Of a stretch of 64,000 nucleotides of DNA, positions 56,605 to 64,000 are shown one piece after another. This DNA is from Candidatus Multivorans sp. (lineage in GTDB: Bacteria > Acidobacteriota > Thermoanaerobaculia > Multivoradales > Multivoraceae), in NCBI GenBank assembly GCA_965247095.1, contig OZ251997.1, positions 407,949 to 471,948 on the forward strand. Reading direction: 5' to 3'. A program made the position numbers and the translations under genes. How positions within the stretch are numbered: position 1 is the first letter of the stretch; the number at the start of each line of letters is the position of its first letter. Under the pieces are notes generated by a model. It was not told the DNA's origin and did not search any database. It saw only the letters and a program-made list of their open reading frames with translations.

Positions 56605-57612
56605 GTGACTCCACTCAACCTCCGCGAACACGTCGCCGAACCGGCGAACCTCTGGATCCGTCACAGCTTCCCCCGTTGGCCCGCGGCCGGCAGCGGCAAG
56701 CTCTGGTGCGACTTCGCCACCGGCGGCCTGCCGCCATCGACCGTCGGGCCCTTGCCGGCCGCCGCCGAGGCCGCCGAAGGGGTGCACTCGGTGACCGATG
56801 TTGTGTACGTTCCCCCGCTACCGGCGGATCACGAGCACCTCCGTGCGCGCATCGTCGAGGCCGCGGCTGGCGCCGGAGTGCCGCTCCTGATTCAAGTGGT
56901 GGCGAACATCCCGGTCGGCGGGTCGAGCCTCGGCGAGCTGGCCGCGCCAAGACTTGCCGACCTGCCCCCCAACGCCGTCGTCGCAGTCGACCTCCTCGAC
57001 GCCCTGGTCCGCCACGCTGCCGCGCTGCGAAGCGAGTTCAGGGAGCGTCGGCAGCCTGGCCTCCCGTTCGAACCGCGTCCGCTGGCCGGCGCGACCGTCG
57101 TCTGGCCGCTCGTTGCCGACTGGACCGACCAGCCGGGCCTCCTGGCGCCGGCGATGGCCCGACTCGCTGCCGCCGGCGCCCGCCGCGTCGTACCGCGCGC
57201 GATGCAGCTCGGCGCCCGCGAGCGGCGCCTGCTCGCCGAACGCCTGCAATCCACCTGGCCCGAAGCCCTCGACGCCCTGTTTCACGGCGGCGATATACCA
57301 CCCGACGTCGCGGCGTTCCAACGCGCCGCCGAAGCCGCGGGTCTCCAGCCCCGCCTGCCCCGGCCCCTGCCCGTGCCGCCCCTGCCGCCCAGGCTCCGCC
57401 GCACGCGCGAACTCGCCGGCCACCTGATCGAACTCGGCGACGCCGCCGGCGCCGAGCGTCCCGTGTACTACCGTGCCGCCCGCTTCCTCGACCGCGGCGA
57501 AGTCGACATCGACGCCGCCGCCCGCGAAGGCAACCTGAGCGTCTTGCCCTGGCTGGAGGAACTGGCCAGGGTGGCCGTGGAGGAGTGGCTGGCTACGAAC
57601 CGCGGAAGCTAG
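56605..57612 (+). CDS. Hypothetical protein (335 aa)
   Basis: GTG start just after the repeat block (upstream 55 codons of the ORF are repeat-derived); Ala/Leu/Pro-rich but non-repetitive; no motif recognised. Confidence 0.4.
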   Translation: MTPLNLREHVAEPANLWIRHSFPRWPAAGSGKLWCDFATGGLPPSTVGPLPAAAEAAEGVHSVTDVVYVPPLPADHEHLRARIVEAAAGAGVPLLIQVVANIPVGGSSLGELAAPRLADLPPNAVVAVDLLDALVRHAAALRSEFRERRQPGLPFEPRPLAGATVVWPLVADWTDQPGLLAPAMARLAAAGARRVVPRAMQLGARERRLLAERLQSTWPEALDALFHGGDIPPDVAAFQRAAEAAGLQPRLPRPLPVPPLPPRLRRTRELAGHLIELGDAAGAERPVYYRAARFLDRGEVDIDAAAREGNLSVLPWLEELARVAVEEWLATNRGS

Positions 57613-57619
57613 GAAGTCC

Positions 57620-58303
57620 ATGCACCTGATCGTCTTCGACGTCGACGGGACGCTGGTCGAGTCGGACGAGTTCGATGGGGTCTTGTACGCCCAGGCGGTT
57701 CGGGACGTGCTCGACGTCGCGGTTGATGAGGACTGGTCCAGCTACCGGCACGTCACGGACAGCGGCATTCTGGACGAGATCCTCGATCGGCACGCCCTTG
57801 AGATGGACCGCTCCGTTGCCCATGCCTCAGTCAGGAAGGCCTTTGTCGCCCTGGTCCGCGACTATCTCAGCGATCGTAGTGGTCGACTACCGGAGGTCCC
57901 CGGCGCCAGAACCTTCGTGAACCGACTCATCGCGCACCCCGAAGTCACCGTAGCCGTTGCGACGGGCGGCTGGCGTGAGACCGCGGCGATGAAACTGCAA
58001 GCGATCGGCCTCGATCCCGAGGCGCTGCATCTGTCCTCCGCTTCGGATGCCATCCGCCGGATCGAGATCATGCAGATTGCGGAGCGACGAGCGATGGCCG
58101 GCAAACCAGCCGACCGGAAGTTCTACTTCGGAAACCAGCCGTGGGACAGGGCAGCGAGTCGGAAGTTGGGTTGGGAGTTCATCGGGATCGGCGAACAGGT
58201 TGAGCATGTTCCTCGGTTTGAGGACTTTCTCGACCATGAGTCCATACTTGAGGTATTGGAGTTACCGCCGGCTTCGGCGCCGGCCCACGATGGGGGGACG
58301 TAG
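57620..58303 (+). CDS. HAD-superfamily hydrolase (subfamily IA-like)
   Basis: Motif I MHLIVFDVDGTLV, later conserved K and DD motifs. Confidence 0.7.
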   Translation: MHLIVFDVDGTLVESDEFDGVLYAQAVRDVLDVAVDEDWSSYRHVTDSGILDEILDRHALEMDRSVAHASVRKAFVALVRDYLSDRSGRLPEVPGARTFVNRLIAHPEVTVAVATGGWRETAAMKLQAIGLDPEALHLSSASDAIRRIEIMQIAERRAMAGKPADRKFYFGNQPWDRAASRKLGWEFIGIGEQVEHVPRFEDFLDHESILEVLELPPASAPAHDGGT

Positions 58304-59813
58304 GGGCCTGGGAAGTTGGTCCCCCTTCCGGTGAGATGGCGCCACTTGGCCAGGGCGCCTGCGTCACTGGTTTGGCGTGCGGACGCCTCAGGCGGCTTGC
58401 GGCTGGCGTTGGTCTCGCCTGATGACGCCCAGTCGCTCGCGAGCCACCACGGCCTCCAGGTGCGGCGGCGGTCGCCACAGGGACTCCATGACATAGCGCA
58501 GGTCCATCGGCCTGCCGTCCCAGGTGGGCATGGACTCCTTGCCGGTGACAGAACGCCTGCGTCCTCCAGGTGCCGGACGAGCTCCTGGGCGGCGTAGGGG
58601 CCATGGACGGCGGCGCCGGGCAGTGCTCAAGCGGCCTGCCGCGACTGTCGAAGAACTGGGCGGCGCCCTCGTCGTTCATTCGCACGCTGCAGCCGCCTTC
58701 GTGGAGCAGGCGGTGGTGCCGCCGGCATAGGAGCACGAGGTTCGAGAGCTTCGTCTCGCCTCCGTCGGCCCAATGATGGACGTGATGGGCGTCGCAGTGC
58801 TGTGAAGTGCAGCCAGGGAAGCGGCAACTGCGGTCGCGGAACTCCAGGGCGCGCCGGATGGGGGGCGGAATGGTGCGGGTTTTGCGGCCAACGCTCAGGA
58901 TCTCGCCATTTCGGTGGGTCATGCGCACCCTGCCGGCTTCGCAGGCGATCCGCCGGACTGTTTCCGCGGAAACAGGGACGCTGGAGGTGCCGAGCCAGGC
59001 GCTATGCGAGCAGGCGCCGTTCACCGGCGTTTCCGCGGAAACGCGACCGCCACCTGCTTCCGCGGAAGCGCTTCCCGTCTGCGGCGCCGACGGCGTTTCC
59101 GCGGAAACGTGCGGCCCGTGGTCGGCGGACGTCGGTTCGGGTGCCTTGAGCTCTTCCTCGTTCACATGGACGACCACCTGATAACGGTCGCCGCTCTGTC
59201 CCGGCTCCAGCCCGCCTGCGAGCGCGCTCTCGGCCACCAGTGTCAGCGCATCGGCGCGCTGTTTGCCGACAGGCGGGCGGTCGTCGCGGCTCCTGTCGTA
59301 CAGCTTCTCCCTCGCAGCCTTGAGAGCCTTCATCAGGACCTCGCCGGCCTCAGGCGCCAGCCGGCCCCGGATCACGAACGTGCCGTTCTCGTCGACGTGC
59401 GTCGTCAGGTGACTGGAGGCGTCGCGCAGGTCGTCGTCGTGGGTCTCAATCGTGCGGTCGATCCTCCGCCATGATCGGACGACTCGCTCGATGTGCGCCG
59501 CGGTGCCGGCCTTTCTGAGCTCCACGAGCGACTTCTCGGTGTCGGGCCGGGCGACGCGGGTCAGCGCCCTGACCTTGGACTACGAGAGTTCGCCTCGCCT
59601 CATCGCCTCGCTCAGGAGGGGCAGTTCGCTCAGGGCGCGAGCAACGCGGACCCGCTCGCGCGAGGCGCTGGGCGCCAGTCCGATGCGCCATGTGAGCCAG
59701 TGGGCGCAGGTCAGGAAGCCTTTACTCCAGCCCTCCTGCTCATCGAATCTGCGGATCAATACGAGGAGTTCGTAGGTCGCGGCGTCGATGCGCGTTGCGA
59801 GCGTGGCGATCTC
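58179..59813 (-). pseudogene. DUF222/HNH endonuclease family gene disrupted by in-frame TAG (59580-59582) and 5'-truncated by IS3 insertion
   Basis: N-terminal DUF222 segment (YELLVLIRRFDEQEGWSKGFLTCAHWLTWRIGL...RRGELS*) and C-terminal HNH segment (...FPGCTSQHCDAHHVHHWADGGETKLSNLVLLCRRHHRLLHEG) lie in the same frame, separated by a single TAG where Tyr (GELSY) is expected; the most 5' codons (LIFQTQ) are IS3 inverted-repeat sequence. Confidence 0.6.
58961..59107. repeat. Four copies of a perfect 12-bp palindrome TTTCCGCGGAAA (one CTTCCGCGGAAG variant) inside the HNH gene
   Basis: Sites at 58961, 59030, 59057, 59096; translate to repeated VSAET/SAEA peptide motif. Confidence 0.7.
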
Positions 59814-59854
59814 TGGAGTTGCCCCGTTTTCGTGGACGGTTTGTGTTTGGAAAA

Positions 59855-60157
59855 TCAAGCAGCTTCGCGGTAGCTCTTCTCGAAGTTGACGGGTGATCGC
59901 TGTCCGATCGCGGAGTGACGACGATGGGTGTTGTACCAGCCCTCGATGTACCGGAAGAGCTCCGCCTTCGCTTCGGCATGATTCCGAAACCTGGTCCGGT
60001 CGAGCAGTTCGCACTCGAGGCTGGCAAAGAAGCTCTCCGCCATGGCGTTGTCGTAGCAGTCTCCGACGGAGCCCATCGAGAGCGCGATGCCGGCGTCGCG
60101 GCAGCGCTTCCCGAAGGTCAGGGAAGTGTACTGCTTGGGTTCAAGGGATCGTCGCAA
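59855..60157 (-). pseudogene. IS3-family transposase OrfB, C-terminal fragment (separated from N-part by IS30 insertion)
   Basis: ...QYTSLTFGKRCRDAGIALSMGSVGDCYDNAMAESFFASLECE... integrase-core C-terminus; TTG pseudo-start created by the insertion. Confidence 0.7.
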
Positions 60158-61899
60158 CGCTTGGACGTCCAGGTCCGGTTCCGGTCCTCCTACGGGCGGA
60201 GTCTATTGGTTAGCCGTCGCCGGGGCTGTGGGAGGTGTGGGAAACGCGGAGGTCCTCCGGAGCGTTTTCCAAGCGGCTGCGGAAATCGCCTCAGCGATTT
60301 CCGAGGGGCCTGTGGGAGAGCTGTGTGAAGCGGGCGGGGGCCCGGGGGCTTTGCACAGCTCTTCCACCAGACCCGGCAGACGCGACACCTTCCACAGCCC
60401 TCCGGGACCGGCCGGGCGCATGGATCGAAGGCGTGCTCCCTGGCGGTCAGATTCGATTGGAATCCCCGGTCGTTCTCAGCCGCCTACGTGTGTACGAGCT
60501 CCTCAAAGACTTCGGCAGGCGTTCTCCAGCCGAGTGTCTTGCGGGGTCGGCTGTTGAGGGCGAGCGCGACCGCGGAGAGGTCGTCGCTGGAGTATCTGAC
60601 CAGGTCAGTGCCCTTCGGGAAGTACTGGCGTAGCAGCCCATTGGTGTTCTCGTTGGTGCCCCTCTGCCAGGGGCTTTGCGGATCGCAGAAGTAGATCGCG
60701 ATTCCGGTGTCGACGCGGAGTTGAGCGTGTTGAGCCATCTCGGCGCCCTGGTCCCAGGTCAAGGATCGCCGGAGGTGCTCGGGCAGCGTCGTGATCGACG
60801 CCGCGATCGCGTCACGGACGGCTTCTGCGCCGTGCCCGGCGAGCGCCGGCCCGTTCTTCACCCTCGATTCGTTGCCGTGGCCTTCCATACGGGGCAGGTG
60901 CAGCAGCATTGTGAAGCGCGTAGTCCGTTCGACGAGGGTGCCGATCGCTGAGCTCTCGAGCCCGACGATCAGGTCACCTTCCCAGTGGCCCGGTACGGCC
61001 CGGTCGCCGGCTTCGGCGGGGCGTTCGCTGATCATGATTCCCGGGGTCACAAACTTCTTGCCTGACCTCCGAGTACGCGCACGCGGCACACGTAGCGCTC
61101 GCCCGGTTCGCAGGCACGCGACGAGCTCGCGCTTGAGGGCTCCTCGACCTTGGATGTAGAGCGCTTGGTAGATCGCCTCGTGAGAGATCCGCATCGACTC
61201 ATCATGAGGAAAATCGATGCGAAGCCGATTCGAGATCTGCTCCGGGCTCCACGACTTCGCCCAACGCCGATCCTGGCGGCGACCGTGCCGACGGCCAATC
61301 CAACGCACAGCCGGACCGGGTACCGGCTCCCCGTCAGGCCTTGCGATCAAGCCGGCGAGGCGGTCCTGCACGTACTCACGCAAGGCGTCGTTCGCGGCAA
61401 GCTTGGAGACCTTCGGCCGGCTGGCGCGCCGCTCCGCGTGCCACTGGGCAGTCGTCGCTCGATAGGCGACGCCACCACTTCGAGTCGACGCGTTGCGGCG
61501 CAGCTCCCGCGAAATCGTCGACGGTGAACGGCCCATGCGTCGGGCGATTTCACGTACCCCAATGTGCTGAGCGTGAAGGATGGCGATCTCTTCCCGCTCG
61601 GCCAACGACAGATAACGCCCCGACACTGGAGCCAACGAAATAGGCGGCATTCCGCCAGCTTCCCTGAACCATCTCGATCCGACTGCCTGCGACACTCCAG
61701 CTTCCCGTGCAGCATCCTCGGTGGACGCCCCACGAACGATCGCCTCCCAGAAGCGGACCCGATCCTCGCGATGCGCTGTCGAGGGACGGCCCGGCGACCA
61801 CATCTGCCCACGCATCTCACGAATCGCACGCCTACGCTTACCAACTCCCATCACGAAACACCTCCATCACGAGATGTTGCGACGACCAGTTGAATCCAC
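60134..61899 (-). mobile_element. IS30-family insertion sequence with 3-bp CTG target-site duplication
   Basis: Inverted repeats CTTGGGTTCAAGGGATCGTCGCAACGC (60134-) and GCGTTGCGACGACCAGTTGAATCCACC-type (-61899) share TTCAA...GTCGTCGCAAC; CTG at 60131-60133 and 61900-61902; insertion point lies exactly between the codons HHSDQGSQ|YTSLTF of IS3 orfB. Confidence 0.7.
60484..61854 (-). CDS. IS30-family transposase (DDE)
   Basis: N-terminal HTH regions, catalytic core with HWEGDLI ... DQGAEM ... YFCDPQSPWQRGTNENTNGLLRQYFPKGTDL. Confidence 0.85.
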   Translation of the reverse strand: MMGVGKRRRAIREMRGQMWSPGRPSTAHREDRVRFWEAIVRGASTEDAAREAGVSQAVGSRWFREAGGMPPISLAPVSGRYLSLAEREEIAILHAQHIGVREIARRMGRSPSTISRELRRNASTRSGGVAYRATTAQWHAERRASRPKVSKLAANDALREYVQDRLAGLIARPDGEPVPGPAVRWIGRRHGRRQDRRWAKSWSPEQISNRLRIDFPHDESMRISHEAIYQALYIQGRGALKRELVACLRTGRALRVPRARTRRSGKKFVTPGIMISERPAEAGDRAVPGHWEGDLIVGLESSAIGTLVERTTRFTMLLHLPRMEGHGNESRVKNGPALAGHGAEAVRDAIAASITTLPEHLRRSLTWDQGAEMAQHAQLRVDTGIAIYFCDPQSPWQRGTNENTNGLLRQYFPKGTDLVRYSSDDLSAVALALNSRPRKTLGWRTPAEVFEELVHT

Positions 61900-62473
61900 C
61901 CTGGCTGCCTTGATCCGAGTGGTGGATCACGTCCTCGGGTCTCCGCTGGGCGATCGCCATCTTCAGCGCGCCGACCACGAGGTCGGTTGCCAGAGACGAA
62001 TCCATGGCCCAGCCGACGATGCGCCGACTGAACGCGTCAAGGACGATCGCCAGGTACAGGAAACCGGCAAGGGTCGGCACGTAGGTGATGTCCGCGAGCC
62101 ACAACCGGTCGGGGCCTTCGGCTGTGAACTCCCTCTCGACGAGGTCCGGCGCCGGGCGAGCTGACGGGGCGCGGCGCGTCGCCTTCGGCCGCTTGCGGCG
62201 GCTGATGCCCGCCAGACCGGACTCTCGCATGAGTCTGGCGACCCGCTTGCGGCTCACTGGGAACCCCTCGTCAGCCAACTCGGCCTGAATCCTCGGCGCA
62301 CCGTAGGTCCCGCGGCTGCGTTCGTGGATCGCCCGCACGCGCTCCGCCAGAGCGCTGTCCGACTTCTCCCTGGCCGACCGCTCTCGCTTCAACCAGGCGT
62401 AGTACCCGCTCGTGGAGACCCCGAGCACTCGGGCCATCGTCGTGATCCGGAACTCGGCCTGGTGCGCTCTCAT
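61838..62473 (-). pseudogene. IS3-family transposase OrfB, N-terminal part (HTH_21 + start of integrase core), truncated by IS30
   Basis: ...RLWLADITYVPTLAGFLYLAIVLDAFSRRIVGWAM...VIHHSDQGSQ then runs into IS30 end sequence (GGFNWSSQHLVMEVFRDGSW*). Confidence 0.75.
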
Positions 62474-62814
62474 GAACCTGAAGACCGCTTCGGGCCCGTC
62501 TCCCGAGCGAACCAGGCCGTTGCTTTTGCCAGGATCTCCCGCTCCTCGCGCAACCGGCGTACCTCCCGGCGCAGACGGCGCAACTCCTGGCGCTCCGCCG
62601 TCGTAGTGCCGTCCTGGCGGCGACCTTCGTCGCGGTCCGCCTGGGCCACCCAGTTACGCATCGACTGTGCTGAAGGCTCGAACTCGCGGGCCAGTTGGTC
62701 CGGGCTCCGCCCGGACCGGACCAGATCCACCATCTGCTGCCGGTACTCTGCCGGGTACCGACTCCTCTTTCTCGACATCGTGGATACCTCCTCCGACAAG
62801 GATGTAGTGTCCAC
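62470..62814 (-). CDS. IS3-family transposase OrfA (HTH, leucine-zipper region)
   Basis: MSRKRSRYPAEYRQQMVDLVRSGRSPDQLAREFEPSAQSMRNWV...ELRRLRREVRRLREEREILAKA; likely true start at internal MSRK; overlaps orfB consistent with -1 frameshift expression. Confidence 0.8.
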   Translation of the reverse strand: MDTTSLSEEVSTMSRKRSRYPAEYRQQMVDLVRSGRSPDQLAREFEPSAQSMRNWVAQADRDEGRRQDGTTTAERQELRRLRREVRRLREEREILAKATAWFARETGPKRSSGS

Positions 62815-62850
62815 GAAACCGGGGCAAGCTCATACCTCCTCTTCCAAAAA

Positions 62851-62880
62851 TGAGGTGTCCACAAAAAGGGGTCAAGCTCA
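62851..62880. repeat. Extra degenerate copy of the IS3 terminal inverted repeat just outside the element
   Basis: TGAGGTGTCCACAAAAAGGGGTCAAGCTCA, 18 bp beyond the inner IR copy GATGTAGTGTCCACGAAACCGGGGCAAGCTCA. Confidence 0.5.
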
Positions 62881-63086
62881 GAGCCTCCAACGCGGCAAAC
62901 AGGAACCACATAGAGGCTCCGCGAACAGCACTCGCAGCAGGGGAGGGGAGGCGAACGCGAGAGGCGCTCGACCCGCCTGAATCGTCCGACTCGCGTGCCC
63001 TGATAGCATTCGCCAGTACGCGAGGGCCGAGTAACCGCCAGATCGGTCGGTACTTGGTTCAACGAAACGCGAGATGAGGAAAGCGA

Positions 63087-63380
63087 ATGACCAAAACCGG
63101 TACGGTGGCTCCGCCCTGGAAACAGCATTCCGACAAGCGAGGGGCTGACTTCCGCATTATACGTCCGGGTGAAGGCGAAGGTCCCAAGGTCAACGATCAT
63201 GCGTTCTTGGAGTCGCTAGAGGACCGCTGGCCGCTGCCGTCGCCTTTGCGATGGGCTGTAAGTATGGGCAGTCAGTTGGCGATAATCGAGTGGGAGAGAC
63301 AAGATAGAAGGCGCTGGCGTGTGGTCGAGTACAAGTTCATTCTGCAGAGCCTAGAAAGTGACACAAGATCCGTCATATAG
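63087..63380 (+). CDS. Hypothetical protein (97 aa) in lower-GC DNA
   Basis: Intact ORF in region with clearly reduced GC (AT-rich stretches 63360-63480); no motif recognised. Confidence 0.3.
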   Translation: MTKTGTVAPPWKQHSDKRGADFRIIRPGEGEGPKVNDHAFLESLEDRWPLPSPLRWAVSMGSQLAIIEWERQDRRRWRVVEYKFILQSLESDTRSVI

Positions 63381-63770
63381 TTTTGGTTTCTTAGTAGGAT
63401 ATGCGACACGAGTCAGTTTTTTCCGTGTGAACACGAATGGATTCGATCTCCAAACGACGACTTGGAGTCTAAGAGGATTGTCACGCTCAAGTGTGCCAAG
63501 TGCATGACCAAGGACTTTGTGCGACTGGACGTCGCGGCGGAGGTATTGCCAGAAGTCGATCTTCCGCGCCACGCTGGGGCGGATCGTCCGCATCGCGACC
63601 CGCTGACCTGCCAAGCGGCTGGTCGGCGAGCCGCAACAGCGTGTCCAACGAGGCCGCGCAGAGTGAGGGTCAGTGCCACGGCGAGAGTCCAGCACCTAGA
63701 AGTCAGCCATGGCAGCTAGCTAACTCGGGTAATGCTCGCCCCCTCATTCGTGCCAAACCGGAGGAAACCG

Positions 63771-64000
63771 ATGGCCACAGTTGACGACCTTCAAAGCGAT
63801 GTCCAAGTAGTTCTGAATTCCATTCGACCATATATTGAGAGCATTAGCAGTCTGCGGTGGGGCCCGTCAGACGGGGCACTTACCATAGTGTTTCGATCTA
63901 TGCTCCGTAGGCAATACGAGGCACTTGGCGTCACTTCTCATCTGATCGCCAACTGGCAAGGATTCCCCGTACCCCAACTTCTGCGTCCCGCGTGCGAGGA
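63771..64000 (+). CDS. Partial CDS (5' end; continues beyond window end), unknown function
   Basis: ATG 63771 then MATVDDLQSDVQVVLNSIRPYIESISSLRWGPSDGALTIVFRSMLRRQYEALGVTSHLIANWQGFPVPQLLRPACE... with no stop before window end; lower-GC codon usage. Confidence 0.3.
   Translation, partial: MATVDDLQSDVQVVLNSIRPYIESISSLRWGPSDGALTIVFRSMLRRQYEALGVTSHLIANWQGFPVPQLLRPACE

Larger units (their letters stand above)
59814..62832 (-). mobile_element. IS3-family insertion sequence (orfA/orfB), itself interrupted by a nested IS30-family element
   Basis: Terminal inverted repeats TGGAGTTGCCCCGTTTTCGTGGACGG (59814-) and CCGTCCACGAAACCGGGGCAAGCTCA-type (62801-62832, 1 mismatch); orfA 62470-62814, orfB split 61838-62473 / 59855-60157; net IS3 length ~1.25 kb after removing the 1766-bp insert. 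Confidence 0.7.

Noticed and set aside
63380-63480. Possible tRNA or tmRNA-like fragment in the AT-rich spacer (TGGATTCGATCTCCA resembles a T-arm)
   Set aside because: No acceptor stem, anticodon arm or CCA context could be built around it

Overview
This is a very high-GC (about 70%) bacterial chromosomal segment, densely coding on both strands, with many 4-bp start/stop overlaps that suggest operons.

Positions 1-14,300 hold a secreted VWA protein, an LLM-class flavin oxidoreductase, a pterin-4a-carbinolamine dehydratase, a CbbQ/NorQ AAA+ ATPase with its CbbO/NorD VWA partner, an alkaline-phosphatase-family enzyme, an R2-like diiron oxidase, a TetA-like MFS pump, two lipoproteins, and a vapBC module.

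Positions 14,400-31,900 are one large minus-strand transporter locus with unusual architectures. From the 5' end it runs: an ABC ATPase; an ABC-2 permease fused to an extracellular domain of about 900 aa; an RND adaptor; an RND pump; a single 1605-aa ORF with an RND pump, about four extra TM helices and a C-terminal ABC ATPase; three tandem ABC-2 permease paralogs separated by relic ATPase 3' ends; and two paralogous small secreted Cys-containing proteins.

Positions 32,000-58,300 hold a cytochrome c / Cu-monooxygenase-like / EF-hand protein, an Asp/Glu racemase-family gene, a toxin-antitoxin cluster (one complete vapBC, one antitoxin followed by a truncated vapC), a cupin, a PQQ-like beta-propeller protein, an AddB/AddA helicase-nuclease pair, and a housekeeping run hisS-aspS-aroB-ftsY-ribD-ribE.

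A family of palindromic, hairpin-forming repeat elements (RPE/MITE-like, about 69-75 bp) occurs at least six times. Copies sit in-frame inside coding genes: three tandem copies in the racemase, one in addB, one in ribE. Others are intergenic.

The last 6 kb is mobile-element-rich. A DUF222/HNH endonuclease gene is disrupted by an in-frame TAG and truncated at its 5' end by an IS3-family element. That IS3 element carries a nested IS30-family insertion flanked by a CTG target duplication. It is followed by lower-GC DNA.

No rRNA, tRNA or CRISPR array was found by eye.
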